Origin: Minisyncoccia bacterium
GTDB taxonomy: Bacteria; Patescibacteriota; Minisyncoccia; Phycocordibacterales; Phycocordibacteraceae
DNA: 64,000 nucleotides
Direction: 5' to 3'
Assembly: GCA_041485695.1 (NCBI GenBank)
Contig: JBGPJZ010000001.1
Span: 44,697 to 108,696, forward strand
Part shown: positions 47,981-56,795 of the stretch, one piece after another
Numbering within the stretch: position 1 is the stretch's first letter
Layout of the letters: the number at the start of each line of letters is the position of its first letter
Notes under the pieces: generated by a model
Told to the model about the DNA's origin: nothing
The model's input: only the letters and a program-made list of their open reading frames with translations
Database searches by the model: none
Translations under genes and position numbers: made by a program

Positions 47981-48040
47981 GTCGTCCCTTGACATCGGAC
48001 GATCTCCACCTTGGCCCCGCTCCCTCGGCGGGGTCTTTTT
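47981..48040 (+). ncRNA. Candidate small RNA, unit 1
   Basis: TTGCGC-17-TACGCT promoter, 5' hairpin GTCGTCC..GGACGAT, linker, terminator GGCCCCGC..GCGGGGTC-TTTTT. Confidence 0.45.
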
Positions 48041-48066
48041 AATTTCGGAATACGCTATAATAAAAG

Positions 48067-48128
48067 CGTCTCCCGTTGTGGGCGACACCCCCAACTTGGC
48101 CCCGCACTTCCCCGCGGGGCCTTTTTTT
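48067..48128 (+). ncRNA. Candidate small RNA, unit 2
   Basis: TATAAT at 48056-48061, 5' hairpin GTCTCCC..GGGCGAC, linker, terminator GGCCCCGC..GCGGGGCC-T7. Confidence 0.5.
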
Positions 48129-48161
48129 GACTACCAAACTCTTTTCAGGCATAGTGTAGGG

Positions 48162-48680
48162 ATGCAGGACGAGGACGAAGTAAAGATTGAGTCCGAAGAC
48201 CCGGAGGCGGAGGAGAAGGCCGAGAACAAAGTAAAGAAACTCCGCGATGAGATTGAAACCCTGCGTAAAGAGAAGCAGGAGTATCTTGATGGCTGGCAGA
48301 GAGCCAAGGCCGACTACGTGAACGCCCTGAAGCGCTTTGAGGGCGACGTAAAGAATGCCAAGGGGGATGGGGTCAAGAAGGCCGTAGAGGCCCTTTTACC
48401 GGCCTTTGACGCCCTAGAGAGGGCTAAGGAGCATGGGGAAGTCCCAGAGGGTTTTATGGCTATTGCGAAGCAATTAGAGGCTGGTTTTGCCGGTTTAGGC
48501 CTCGAGGCGGTGGGGCAGGTTGGGGAGCGATTCAACCCCGAGCTCCACGAGGCTTTGGGGCAGGACGCGGTGAGCGATTCAAACCAAGACGACGCGATTA
48601 CCGCCGTACTCGAGAAAGGATACCGTTTGGGCGACCAGATTATCCGCCCGGCGAAGGTGCGAGTTGCGCATTATGAGTAA
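48162..48680 (+). CDS. grpE: Nucleotide exchange factor GrpE
   Basis: WQRAKADYVN, LLP.FD.LERA, FNPELHEA, KGY.L..IRPAKV. Confidence 0.96.
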   Translation: MQDEDEVKIESEDPEAEEKAENKVKKLRDEIETLRKEKQEYLDGWQRAKADYVNALKRFEGDVKNAKGDGVKKAVEALLPAFDALERAKEHGEVPEGFMAIAKQLEAGFAGLGLEAVGQVGERFNPELHEALGQDAVSDSNQDDAITAVLEKGYRLGDQIIRPAKVRVAHYE

Positions 48681-48700
48681 CGCTCGACTCAACTCCTCGA

Positions 48701-48730
48701 TTGACATGCGGTCTCACTTTTAAATATAAT
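48701..48730 (+). promoter_or_regulatory. Consensus sigma70 promoter of dnaK
   Basis: TTGACA-18 nt-TATAAT, 8 nt before ATG. Confidence 0.85.
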
Positions 48731-48738
48731 CAGCACCT

Positions 48739-50637
48739 ATGGCAAAAATACTCGGAATAGACTTGGGCACCACGAACTCCGCGATGGCTATCATCGAGGG
48801 CGGCGAGCCGCGCGTGTTGGAGAATGCCGAAGGCGCGCGCACCACACCCTCGATTGTTGCTGTAGGTAAAAACGGCGAACGCATCGTCGGCACTTTGGCG
48901 AAGCGCCAGTCGGTAACGAACCCTTTGAACACGATTTACCAGATCAAGCGCTTCATTGGCCACAATTTTGACGAGCCGGCAGTGCAAAAAGACAAGGAGT
49001 CAGTGCCCTTTGAGATGCGTAAGGCCGAGAATGGCGGCATCGAGGTCAAGATGAGTCAAGGAGATAAAGAAGTGTGGTACCGACCGGAGGAGCTCTCGGC
49101 CATGATTTTGGGCAAGCTTAAGGCCGATGCCGAGGCAAAGCTCGGGGAGAAGATTACCGAGGCAGTCATCACTGTGCCTGCCTACTTTAACGATGCACAG
49201 CGCAATGCGACTAAGGACGCTGGCAAAATTGCTGGCCTTGAAGTGAAGCGCATCATCAACGAGCCCACTGCTGCCGCGCTTGCCTACGGCTTTAATAAAA
49301 AGAAGGAGGAGAAGATAGCGGTCTTCGACTTTGGCGGCGGCACCTTCGACGTCTCTATTCTTGAGGTGGGCGACAACGTGATTGAGGTCAAATCGACCGA
49401 TGGCGATGCGCACTTGGGTGGTAAAGACATTGACCAAAAGATAATCAACTGGCTTGCCGACGAGTTTAAGAAGCAGAGCGGTATCGATGTCCGCGGCGAC
49501 GCGCTCGCGCGCCAGCGCCTCGACGAGGCGGCAGAGAAGGCGAAGATAGAGCTCTCAAGCGCGATGGAGAGCGAGGTCAATATCCCCTTCATCACCTCGA
49601 ACGCCTCGGGCCCCCAGCACCTCCTTATAAAGATGACACGCGCGAAGCTCGAAGAGCTCTCGGCCGAGTTCGTCGACCGCGCGATGGCTATCACCAAGCG
49701 CGCGATGGAGGCCTCACCCTTTAAGGTGGGCGAGATTAATGAAGTCATCTTGGTGGGCGGCCAGACCCGCATGCCAAAGATCCAGCAGGCGGTGAAAGAG
49801 TTCTTCGGCAAGCAGCCGAACATGACGGTGAACCCTGACGAAGTAGTCGCCGTCGGTGCCGCTATCCAAGCCGGCATCTTGCAGGGCGACGTCAAGGATA
49901 TCCTGCTCGTCGACGTCATCCCGCTCTCGCTCTCAATCGAGACCATGGGCGGCGTTGCGACTAAATTAATTGAGCGCAATACCGCCATCCCGACCTCGCG
50001 CTCGCAGACCTTCTCAACGGCTGCCGACAACCAGCCTTCAGTCGAGATACATATCACCCAGGGCGAACGCGCGATGAGCGCCGACAATAAATCCCTCGGG
50101 CGCTTTATGCTGGATGGCATCCCGCCCTCGCCGCGCGGCCTCCCGCAGATCGAGGTCACCTTCGACGTCGACAGTAATGGCATCTTGACCGTGAAAGCGA
50201 AGGAGAAGACGACAAGCAAAGAGCAGTCGATACGCATCGAGGGCTCGACTGGCCTCTCAAAGGCAGATATCGACCGCATGCAAAAAGATGCTGAAGAGCA
50301 CACAGCTGACGACGCGAAGCGCAAAGAGCTCGTTGACGCGCGCAATGTCGGCGAACAGGTAATCTATGCGGCTGAAAAGGCAGTGAAGGAGAACGGCGAG
50401 AAGATTGGCGCTGAACTCGTGAAGGAGGTGGGGGATGCGGTCGAAACCGCGAAAACGGCGGCGAAGAGCGAAGACCCGGCGACCATCAAGGGCGCGACTG
50501 AAAAGCTTTCGCAGACGATGTCAAAAATTGGAGAAGCGATGATGAAGAGTCAGACTCCACCGCCGGCGTCAGACGCCGGCAGCCAAACTCCTCCCCCCGA
50601 ACCTCCTCCGACGGACGCCGAATTTAAAGAAAAATAG
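48739..50637 (+). CDS. dnaK: Chaperone DnaK
   Basis: [25 protein letters not shown]. Confidence 0.99.
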   Translation: MAKILGIDLGTTNSAMAIIEGGEPRVLENAEGARTTPSIVAVGKNGERIVGTLAKRQSVTNPLNTIYQIKRFIGHNFDEPAVQKDKESVPFEMRKAENGGIEVKMSQGDKEVWYRPEELSAMILGKLKADAEAKLGEKITEAVITVPAYFNDAQRNATKDAGKIAGLEVKRIINEPTAAALAYGFNKKKEEKIAVFDFGGGTFDVSILEVGDNVIEVKSTDGDAHLGGKDIDQKIINWLADEFKKQSGIDVRGDALARQRLDEAAEKAKIELSSAMESEVNIPFITSNASGPQHLLIKMTRAKLEELSAEFVDRAMAITKRAMEASPFKVGEINEVILVGGQTRMPKIQQAVKEFFGKQPNMTVNPDEVVAVGAAIQAGILQGDVKDILLVDVIPLSLSIETMGGVATKLIERNTAIPTSRSQTFSTAADNQPSVEIHITQGERAMSADNKSLGRFMLDGIPPSPRGLPQIEVTFDVDSNGILTVKAKEKTTSKEQSIRIEGSTGLSKADIDRMQKDAEEHTADDAKRKELVDARNVGEQVIYAAEKAVKENGEKIGAELVKEVGDAVETAKTAAKSEDPATIKGATEKLSQTMSKIGEAMMKSQTPPPASDAGSQTPPPEPPPTDAEFKEK

Positions 50638-50660
50638 CCGTCGGTGTATACTGATTCTCA

Positions 50661-51743
50661 ATGGCAAAGGATTACTACAACGTGCTCGGGCTCGATAAGA
50701 AGGCTTCGAAGGACGATATCAAAAAGGCTTTTCGCAAGCTTGCACAAAAGCATCACCCTGATAAAGGCGGAGATGAAGCGAGGTTTAAGGAGATTACCGA
50801 GGCCTACGCGATTTTGAGCGACGAGAAGCGTCGCCGCGAGTACGATACCTACGGCCAGTCGTTCGCCGGGGGCGGCCCTTCAGCAGGTGGGGCGCAAGGC
50901 TTCCCGGGCGGGTTCGACTTTTCGCAATTCCAGCAAGGTGATGGCAGTTTTGATTTCGGCGATATCTTCGAGGGCTTCGGCGATATCTTCGGCGCGCGCG
51001 GCTCGCGCGCGCCTCGCGGTCGCCGCGGCCGCGACATCTCTATCGATATCGAGGTACCTTTTAAGGATTCTATTTTTGGTACCAAGCGTTCCGTGCTAAT
51101 CGCAAAAGTGAGCACGTGCGAGATATGCGGCGGTTCAGGAGCTAAGCCTGGCACCGAACTCGAAAATTGTAAGAGCTGCGGCGGCTCCGGCCGCGTGCAC
51201 GAGACTCGCAATTCTGTCTTGGGCTCGTTTACGAGCGTACGCACCTGCCCAGCCTGCGATGGTATGGGCAAGATGCCTAAAGAAAGATGTGCCGAGTGCA
51301 AGGGCCAGGGTGTCAAACGCAAAGAGGAGGAGATACACGTCACCATCCCTGCCGGCCTCGATAGCGGCGAGATGATACGCATCCCCCAGCACGGCGAGGC
51401 GGTAAAGGGTGGCGCCTCGGGAGATCTCTATGTCAAAGTGCATGTAAAGCCGCACCCGATTTTCCGTAAAGAAGGGACTAATCTCGTGATGAACTTGCCT
51501 GTGAGGCTCACCGACGCTCTGCTCGGTTCAACCGTCTCCATCGAATCGCTTGAGGGCAAGACGCTCGAGGTCAAGATACCGATGATGAAGAAGCCTCTCG
51601 AAACCTTGCGGGTGCGCGGCAAGGGCGTCCCCGTAGGTGCCTTGCGCGGCGATCTTTTGATACACCTCGAGGCTGCGCTTCCTCATAAATTATCCGCAAA
51701 GGCGAAGCAGGCAGTCGAAGATTTGAAAACCGAAGGATTGTAA
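50661..51743 (+). CDS. dnaJ: Chaperone DnaJ
   Basis: HPD motif, G/F region, four CxxCxGxG. Confidence 0.98.
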   Translation: MAKDYYNVLGLDKKASKDDIKKAFRKLAQKHHPDKGGDEARFKEITEAYAILSDEKRRREYDTYGQSFAGGGPSAGGAQGFPGGFDFSQFQQGDGSFDFGDIFEGFGDIFGARGSRAPRGRRGRDISIDIEVPFKDSIFGTKRSVLIAKVSTCEICGGSGAKPGTELENCKSCGGSGRVHETRNSVLGSFTSVRTCPACDGMGKMPKERCAECKGQGVKRKEEEIHVTIPAGLDSGEMIRIPQHGEAVKGGASGDLYVKVHVKPHPIFRKEGTNLVMNLPVRLTDALLGSTVSIESLEGKTLEVKIPMMKKPLETLRVRGKGVPVGALRGDLLIHLEAALPHKLSAKAKQAVEDLKTEGL

Positions 51744-51766
51744 AAAATAGGGGTTATAATCCCCGT

Positions 51767-52291
51767 ATGGATTCTCTTAGCGGGCAATTGGGCGATATCA
51801 ATTCGCTTGCAACCCATAGCGCTCTCGGCGCGTGGGCGTGGGGGAGCGACTTCCTCATCGCCATCATCCTTGTCGGCCTGCTCTTTCTTTTCGCGTGGTA
51901 CATGGGCCGTGGCCCTTTCATCGCGCTCCTCATCTCGTTGTATGCGGGGTACGCGCTCTACACTACCTTTCCCTACGCGTCATATTTACCCTCTTCGCCG
52001 CCCTTGGCAGCACTCGGCGCAGCCGTAGGCGTCTACGTCGTGCTTGCAGGTATCGCCTATACCATCCTGCGCCGCGCCGTTGTCTCTGACTTCGTCTACA
52101 TCGGCATCTTCGGCCTCATCGCTCTCTCCATATTCGGCGCCGGCTTCTTGCTCGCCCTCGCGTACAACCTTTTCCCGGTTCACGACGCCTATACCTTCAC
52201 CCCCGCAATCGATGCCCTGTTCGCGCCGAAGCAATACTTCTTCTGGTGGTTTGCCGCCCCTCTCGTTGGTCTTTTCGTCCTCGCTCGGTAA
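51767..52291 (+). CDS. Multi-pass membrane protein
   Basis: About five TM helices; TATAAT 6 nt before ATG. Confidence 0.75.
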   Translation: MDSLSGQLGDINSLATHSALGAWAWGSDFLIAIILVGLLFLFAWYMGRGPFIALLISLYAGYALYTTFPYASYLPSSPPLAALGAAVGVYVVLAGIAYTILRRAVVSDFVYIGIFGLIALSIFGAGFLLALAYNLFPVHDAYTFTPAIDALFAPKQYFFWWFAAPLVGLFVLAR

Positions 52292-52346
52292 TAGAAGCCC
52301 GGCGTTCAATGTCAATCAACATCAGTGCGATATACTAAAACCTCCC

Positions 52347-54122
52347 ATGAAAGATATCTGGCGTGACGACTTGCCACGCAATATTAATCCGTTTCGGTTC
52401 TTGCTTTTTGTATCTCGTCCGTATCGAACGGTCGTGGCGGGCGCGCTCGTCTCGGTGGCTCTCGGTGCCGCACTCAACGTCGGCAGTTCGTACGTGTTCA
52501 AATTAGTCGTGAACGCTGCGACAGGTATTCAGAGCGCAAACACCGTCCCTTTTCTCTGGCAAGCGGCTATTGCGTACCTGATGGTTTCACTTGGCTCTAC
52601 GCTTGCGTGGCGTGCAAGCGGCTTCATCGGCATGCGTTGGGCGACGGGAGTGCGCGCGACGTCCCGTTACACGCTCACGTCGTACGTGACGCTGCACAGT
52701 CATCAGTACTTCAGCGAGCGGTTTGCGGGCTCTATTTCGAGCAAGATTTCAAACGCCGCGAATAGCATTAAGGAGATGGCTGAGCAGATCATGTGGCAGT
52801 TTACGGGCTTTTTTGTCACGATGATAGCGAGCTTCGCCATGGCCTTTTGGTCAAACCCGTACCTTGGGTGGGTTTTCCTCCTTTGGATCGTGGTCATTAC
52901 CCCGCTTAATGTTTTCTTGGCGCGCAAGAGAGTGGAGCTTTCTGCAGCAACGCAAAAGGCCGAGACCGCGCTCGTCGGGAGCACGGTAGATATGCTTACC
53001 AATATTTCAGCCGTGCACGAGTACGCGAGCAGAGACTTTGAGATGACGCGGCTCAAGGGACTCATTATCGATCGGCGCGAATCAGGCCTCCGCAACTGGC
53101 GCTACGGTGAGACCGTCCTTCTTGCAAACGGGGTTCTTCAAATCGTCTTTGTCGGGCTCCTCCTTTTTATGTCAGTCGTACTCACCCTTCAAGGCGTCAT
53201 TTCGCCAGGTGATATCGCGCTCATCCTCACCATCATCATCCTTGTCGAAGACCGTCTCACGTTTATTGGGCAGCAACTCAATACTTTTGCCGACGCATGG
53301 GGGCAGGTTACCGAAAGCCTCACCGACATCGTCCACCCGCATGACGTGCCCGACGTCGTTCACGCGCGCGCGACTCCTCACATTCAAGGAACAATCGATA
53401 TCGATAATGTCACGTTTGAGTATGGGGGAGTGAATGTCTTTGACCACCTTTCGCTATCGATTCCAAAAGGACAGCGTGTTGGCCTCGTAGGGAAAAGCGG
53501 GGCGGGGAAGAGCACCCTCGTGAAGCTTCTCCTGCGACACTATGATTTGGCAAAAGGCGAGATACGCATTGACGGCGTTAACATCGCCGAAATCGCAAAA
53601 CAGACCTTGCGGAAGGCCATTGCGGTTGTCCCGCAAGAGCCCCTCCTCTTTCACCGAAGTATTCATGAAAACATCGCATACGGGAAGCCAGACGCCTCAC
53701 GCGAAGAGGTTATCCAGGCGGCATCTCTTGCACAGGCGCACGAATTCATCGAGCGGTTGCCCGAGAGCTACGAGGCTCTCGTTGGTGAACGTGGCATCAA
53801 GCTTTCAGGTGGGCAACGACAACGCGTTGCGATTGCGCGCGCCATTTTAAAAAATGCACCCATCTTACTTTTGGACGAGGCTACCTCCGCACTTGATAGC
53901 GAAAGCGAGGTGGCAGTTCAAAAGGCGCTCCTTGCGCTTATGGAGGGTCGTACCGTCATCGCGATTGCGCATCGCTTATCGACCTTGCGCGCGATGGACC
54001 GCATTATCGTCATGGACGATGGCAGGATTATCGAGGACGGCAACCATACGCTCTTACTGCAAAAGGGCGGCCTCTACGCGCAGCTCTGGGAGCATCAGGC
54101 AGGAGGATTCCTCGAAGAGTAA
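52347..54122 (+). CDS. ABC exporter, fused permease and ATPase
   Basis: GKSGAGKST, LSGGQRQR, LLLDEATSALD; start 52347 after TATACT. Confidence 0.95.
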   Translation: MKDIWRDDLPRNINPFRFLLFVSRPYRTVVAGALVSVALGAALNVGSSYVFKLVVNAATGIQSANTVPFLWQAAIAYLMVSLGSTLAWRASGFIGMRWATGVRATSRYTLTSYVTLHSHQYFSERFAGSISSKISNAANSIKEMAEQIMWQFTGFFVTMIASFAMAFWSNPYLGWVFLLWIVVITPLNVFLARKRVELSAATQKAETALVGSTVDMLTNISAVHEYASRDFEMTRLKGLIIDRRESGLRNWRYGETVLLANGVLQIVFVGLLLFMSVVLTLQGVISPGDIALILTIIILVEDRLTFIGQQLNTFADAWGQVTESLTDIVHPHDVPDVVHARATPHIQGTIDIDNVTFEYGGVNVFDHLSLSIPKGQRVGLVGKSGAGKSTLVKLLLRHYDLAKGEIRIDGVNIAEIAKQTLRKAIAVVPQEPLLFHRSIHENIAYGKPDASREEVIQAASLAQAHEFIERLPESYEALVGERGIKLSGGQRQRVAIARAILKNAPILLLDEATSALDSESEVAVQKALLALMEGRTVIAIAHRLSTLRAMDRIIVMDDGRIIEDGNHTLLLQKGGLYAQLWEHQAGGFLEE

Positions 54123-54139
54123 AGTGATACAATCGGCGC

Positions 54140-55393
54140 ATGAAGCTTGCTGAAGAGTTGAAAGCGCGGAGGCTGATTGAGCACTCCTCGGCGCCGATCG
54201 AACTCATTTTAAAGGAGCCGCGAACGGTGTATTTAGGCATCGACCCGACCGCCGACTCGATGCAAATCGGGAACTTGGCCGTAGTCCTCTTGATGAAGCG
54301 TTTAGCGGATGCCGGCAACAAGCTCATTTTCTTGGTTGGGGGCGGTACCGGCATGATTGGCGACCCGCGCGAGAATGGTGAGCGCAGTATGCTCGACGAA
54401 AAAACACTAGGGAACAATACGCGTGCCTTACAAAAACAGCTCTACAAAATTTTAGGCAAGACGAGCTTTCGCATGGTCGACAACGCCGACTGGCTCACGC
54501 GTATCCGCCTCGTTCCTTTTTTGCGCGAAATCGGCAAGCTCTTTACGGTGAACGACCTGATTAAGCGCGAGATAATCGCGAAGCGTCTCGCGACGGCTGA
54601 TGAGAGCATCTCGTACACCGAGTTTACGTACGCACTCTTACAAGCCTATGACTACTTGGTGCTGAATGAAAAATACAAGTGCGACTTGCAAATCGGCGCA
54701 TCAGATCAGTGGACGAACATCCTCTCGGGCGTCGAGCTTATCCGCAAGCGCGCGGGGCGCGAGGCCTACGCGCTCACGATGCCGCTCGTTACCGACGCGT
54801 CGGGCAAGAAGTTCGGCAAGAGCGAGGGCAATGCTGTCTGGCTCGACGCGGCGAAGACGTCGCCCTACGCGTTCTACCAATTCTGGGTGAATGTGCCCGA
54901 CGATGGCGTCGAGAAGTACCTCAAAGCCTATACCTTCATGCCGCTCGAAGAGATAGAGTCGCTGATGGCGAAGCACCGGGCGAGCCCGCAAGCGCGTCTC
55001 GCGCAAAAGGCATTGGCCGAGATTGTCACCGAGATTGTGCACGGCCCGACCGCGTCGAACCACGCGGCGCTCGCAACTGAAGCACTCTTCGGCGCTCTGC
55101 CGTTCGAAGAGCTCCCGCGCGAGACGCGCGCCATTGCCTTGAGCGAGGCGCCCTCGCTCAAGCTCGGCAAAGCAGATCTTGCCGCTGGCTATCCGCTCGT
55201 CGACGCTCTCGTCGCCGGCGGCCTCGCGAGCTCTAAGAGCGATGCGCGTCGGCTTATCGAATCGAAAGGGATCTCTATCACCGGCGCCCAAGCGGCCGAC
55301 GCGAACTACCAGATAGGGGAGGGCGATGTGAAAGAGGGGTACGGGCTCATCCGAAAGGGCAAGCGCGAAGTGCTTATTCTCGTTTTGAAATAG
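54140..55393 (+). CDS. tyrS: Tyrosine--tRNA ligase
   Basis: YLGIDPTA, QAYD, QIGASDQW, KFGKS, S4-like tail. Confidence 0.97.
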   Translation: MKLAEELKARRLIEHSSAPIELILKEPRTVYLGIDPTADSMQIGNLAVVLLMKRLADAGNKLIFLVGGGTGMIGDPRENGERSMLDEKTLGNNTRALQKQLYKILGKTSFRMVDNADWLTRIRLVPFLREIGKLFTVNDLIKREIIAKRLATADESISYTEFTYALLQAYDYLVLNEKYKCDLQIGASDQWTNILSGVELIRKRAGREAYALTMPLVTDASGKKFGKSEGNAVWLDAAKTSPYAFYQFWVNVPDDGVEKYLKAYTFMPLEEIESLMAKHRASPQARLAQKALAEIVTEIVHGPTASNHAALATEALFGALPFEELPRETRAIALSEAPSLKLGKADLAAGYPLVDALVAGGLASSKSDARRLIESKGISITGAQAADANYQIGEGDVKEGYGLIRKGKREVLILVLK

Positions 55394-55422
55394 AACACGA
55401 AATCGCGTATAGTGCATAGATT

Positions 55423-55508
55423 GCGTCGGTGGCAGAGTGGTCAATTGCACTTGGCTGTAAACCAAGCGACTTCGGTCTCCGTTGGTTCGAATCCAACCCG
55501 GCGCACCA
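55423..55508 (+). tRNA. tRNA-Tyr (GTA)
   Basis: Acceptor GCGTCGG/CCGGCGC, anticodon arm CTTGG-CTGTAAA-CCAAG, long variable arm, T-arm GTTGG-TTCGAAT-CCAAC, A73 plus encoded CCA. Confidence 0.96.
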
Positions 55509-55568
55509 GGTATTGACTATTTGCATACATTATGCTACTCTGCTTTTGGACGTAGCAAAGGAGGCAAT

Positions 55569-55751
55569 ATGCATACGCCAGTAGTTGGAATTGGTAACGA
55601 GATGCAACAGGAGATGACGACACAGATCTATAAGACCCTGTGCCTAATGTTTCCGGGCTCGAGCCCACCCCTTCTTATGGCTCAAGCTGACATATCATTT
55701 CGCTACAATGACGAACTAGCCCAAATCGTATTCAAGGCAGAAGCGGCATAA
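55569..55751 (+). CDS. Small hypothetical protein (60 aa)
   Basis: TTGACT-17-TACTCT promoter, AAGGAGG Shine-Dalgarno, downstream terminator. Confidence 0.55.
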   Translation: MHTPVVGIGNEMQQEMTTQIYKTLCLMFPGSSPPLLMAQADISFRYNDELAQIVFKAEAA

Positions 55752-55823
55752 GGCCGAAGGTGTCCGAGGTCCCAAGCGCAGAACGCGCGCGGGACTTTTT
55801 CGTTTCTATGGTAGAGTTTTTGA

Positions 55824-56786
55824 ATGAGCGACAGCGGGAAGAAAACGATGCTCTCGGGGATACAGCCCTCGGGTGAGCTCCATATCGGCAACTATTTTGG
55901 CGCCATGCGCCAGCAAATTGAGCTTGTCAATTCAGGCGAGTACACCTCGTACTTGATGGTGGCTGACTATCACGCCCTCAACACCATCCAAGACCCTGAA
56001 GAGATGCGTCGCCGCACGCGAGAGCTTGTCATTGGTTACTTGGCCGCGGGTCTCGACACTAAGCAGGCGGTTATTTTCAAACAATCAGAGGTACCGGCAC
56101 ACACCGAACTCGCTTGGATTTTCGATACCATCATCACCATGCCGTACCTCATGCGGGCGCACGCCTTTAAGGATGCTGAAGTGAAGAATAAAGAGATAAG
56201 CGTCGGCAAATTCAACTACCCCGTCCTCATGGCGGCCGACATATTGCTCTACGACACGAACATCGTGCCGGTCGGCGCTGACCAAAAGCAGCATGTTGAA
56301 TACGCGCGCGACATCGCAGAGAAATTCAACCGTACGTTTACAACGGAGGTTTTTCGGCTACCCGAAGCGTTCATCAAGCCCGAGGTCGCCGTCGTGCCGG
56401 GCACCGATGGCCAGAAGATGAGCAAGAGTTATGGCAATGTGATCCCCCTTTTCGGTTCTCGCGACGAACTCGTAAAAGCCGTTATGGGTATCGTTACCGA
56501 TTCATCCGGCGAACGGCCGGAGAACGTCTACGCGATACATAAGCTGGTACGGGGCGAAGAGGAGCTTGCTCCTCTCTATGAAGAGAACAAGGGCAACTAC
56601 AAAGCGCTTAAAGAGGCGTTGATTGAAGATTTGGGCCGTTACCTCGCTCCTCTGCGTGCAAAATATGAGGAGCTTAAAAGCAACCCCGATATCATCGAGC
56701 AAGTCCTTATGGAAGGGAAACGTGCTGCGCAAGCCGCAAGCGAGACAAAAATGGAACAAGTGCGTAAAGCGGTCGGAGTGGCATAA
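55824..56786 (+). CDS. trpS: Tryptophan--tRNA ligase
   Basis: SGIQPSG.LHIGNY, YPVLMAADIL, VPVG.DQ.QH, KMSKS. Confidence 0.98.
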   Translation: MSDSGKKTMLSGIQPSGELHIGNYFGAMRQQIELVNSGEYTSYLMVADYHALNTIQDPEEMRRRTRELVIGYLAAGLDTKQAVIFKQSEVPAHTELAWIFDTIITMPYLMRAHAFKDAEVKNKEISVGKFNYPVLMAADILLYDTNIVPVGADQKQHVEYARDIAEKFNRTFTTEVFRLPEAFIKPEVAVVPGTDGQKMSKSYGNVIPLFGSRDELVKAVMGIVTDSSGERPENVYAIHKLVRGEEELAPLYEENKGNYKALKEALIEDLGRYLAPLRAKYEELKSNPDIIEQVLMEGKRAAQAASETKMEQVRKAVGVA

Positions 56787-56795
56787 TAAAGGACT

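Noticed and set aside
47979-48161. 61-codon N-terminal extension of GrpE in the ORF track
   Set aside because: It runs through two terminators; the acidic GrpE start at 48162 has its own promoter
55423-55823. Integrated element at tRNA-Tyr
   Set aside because: No integrase and no duplicated tRNA 3' end seen; only one small orphan follows
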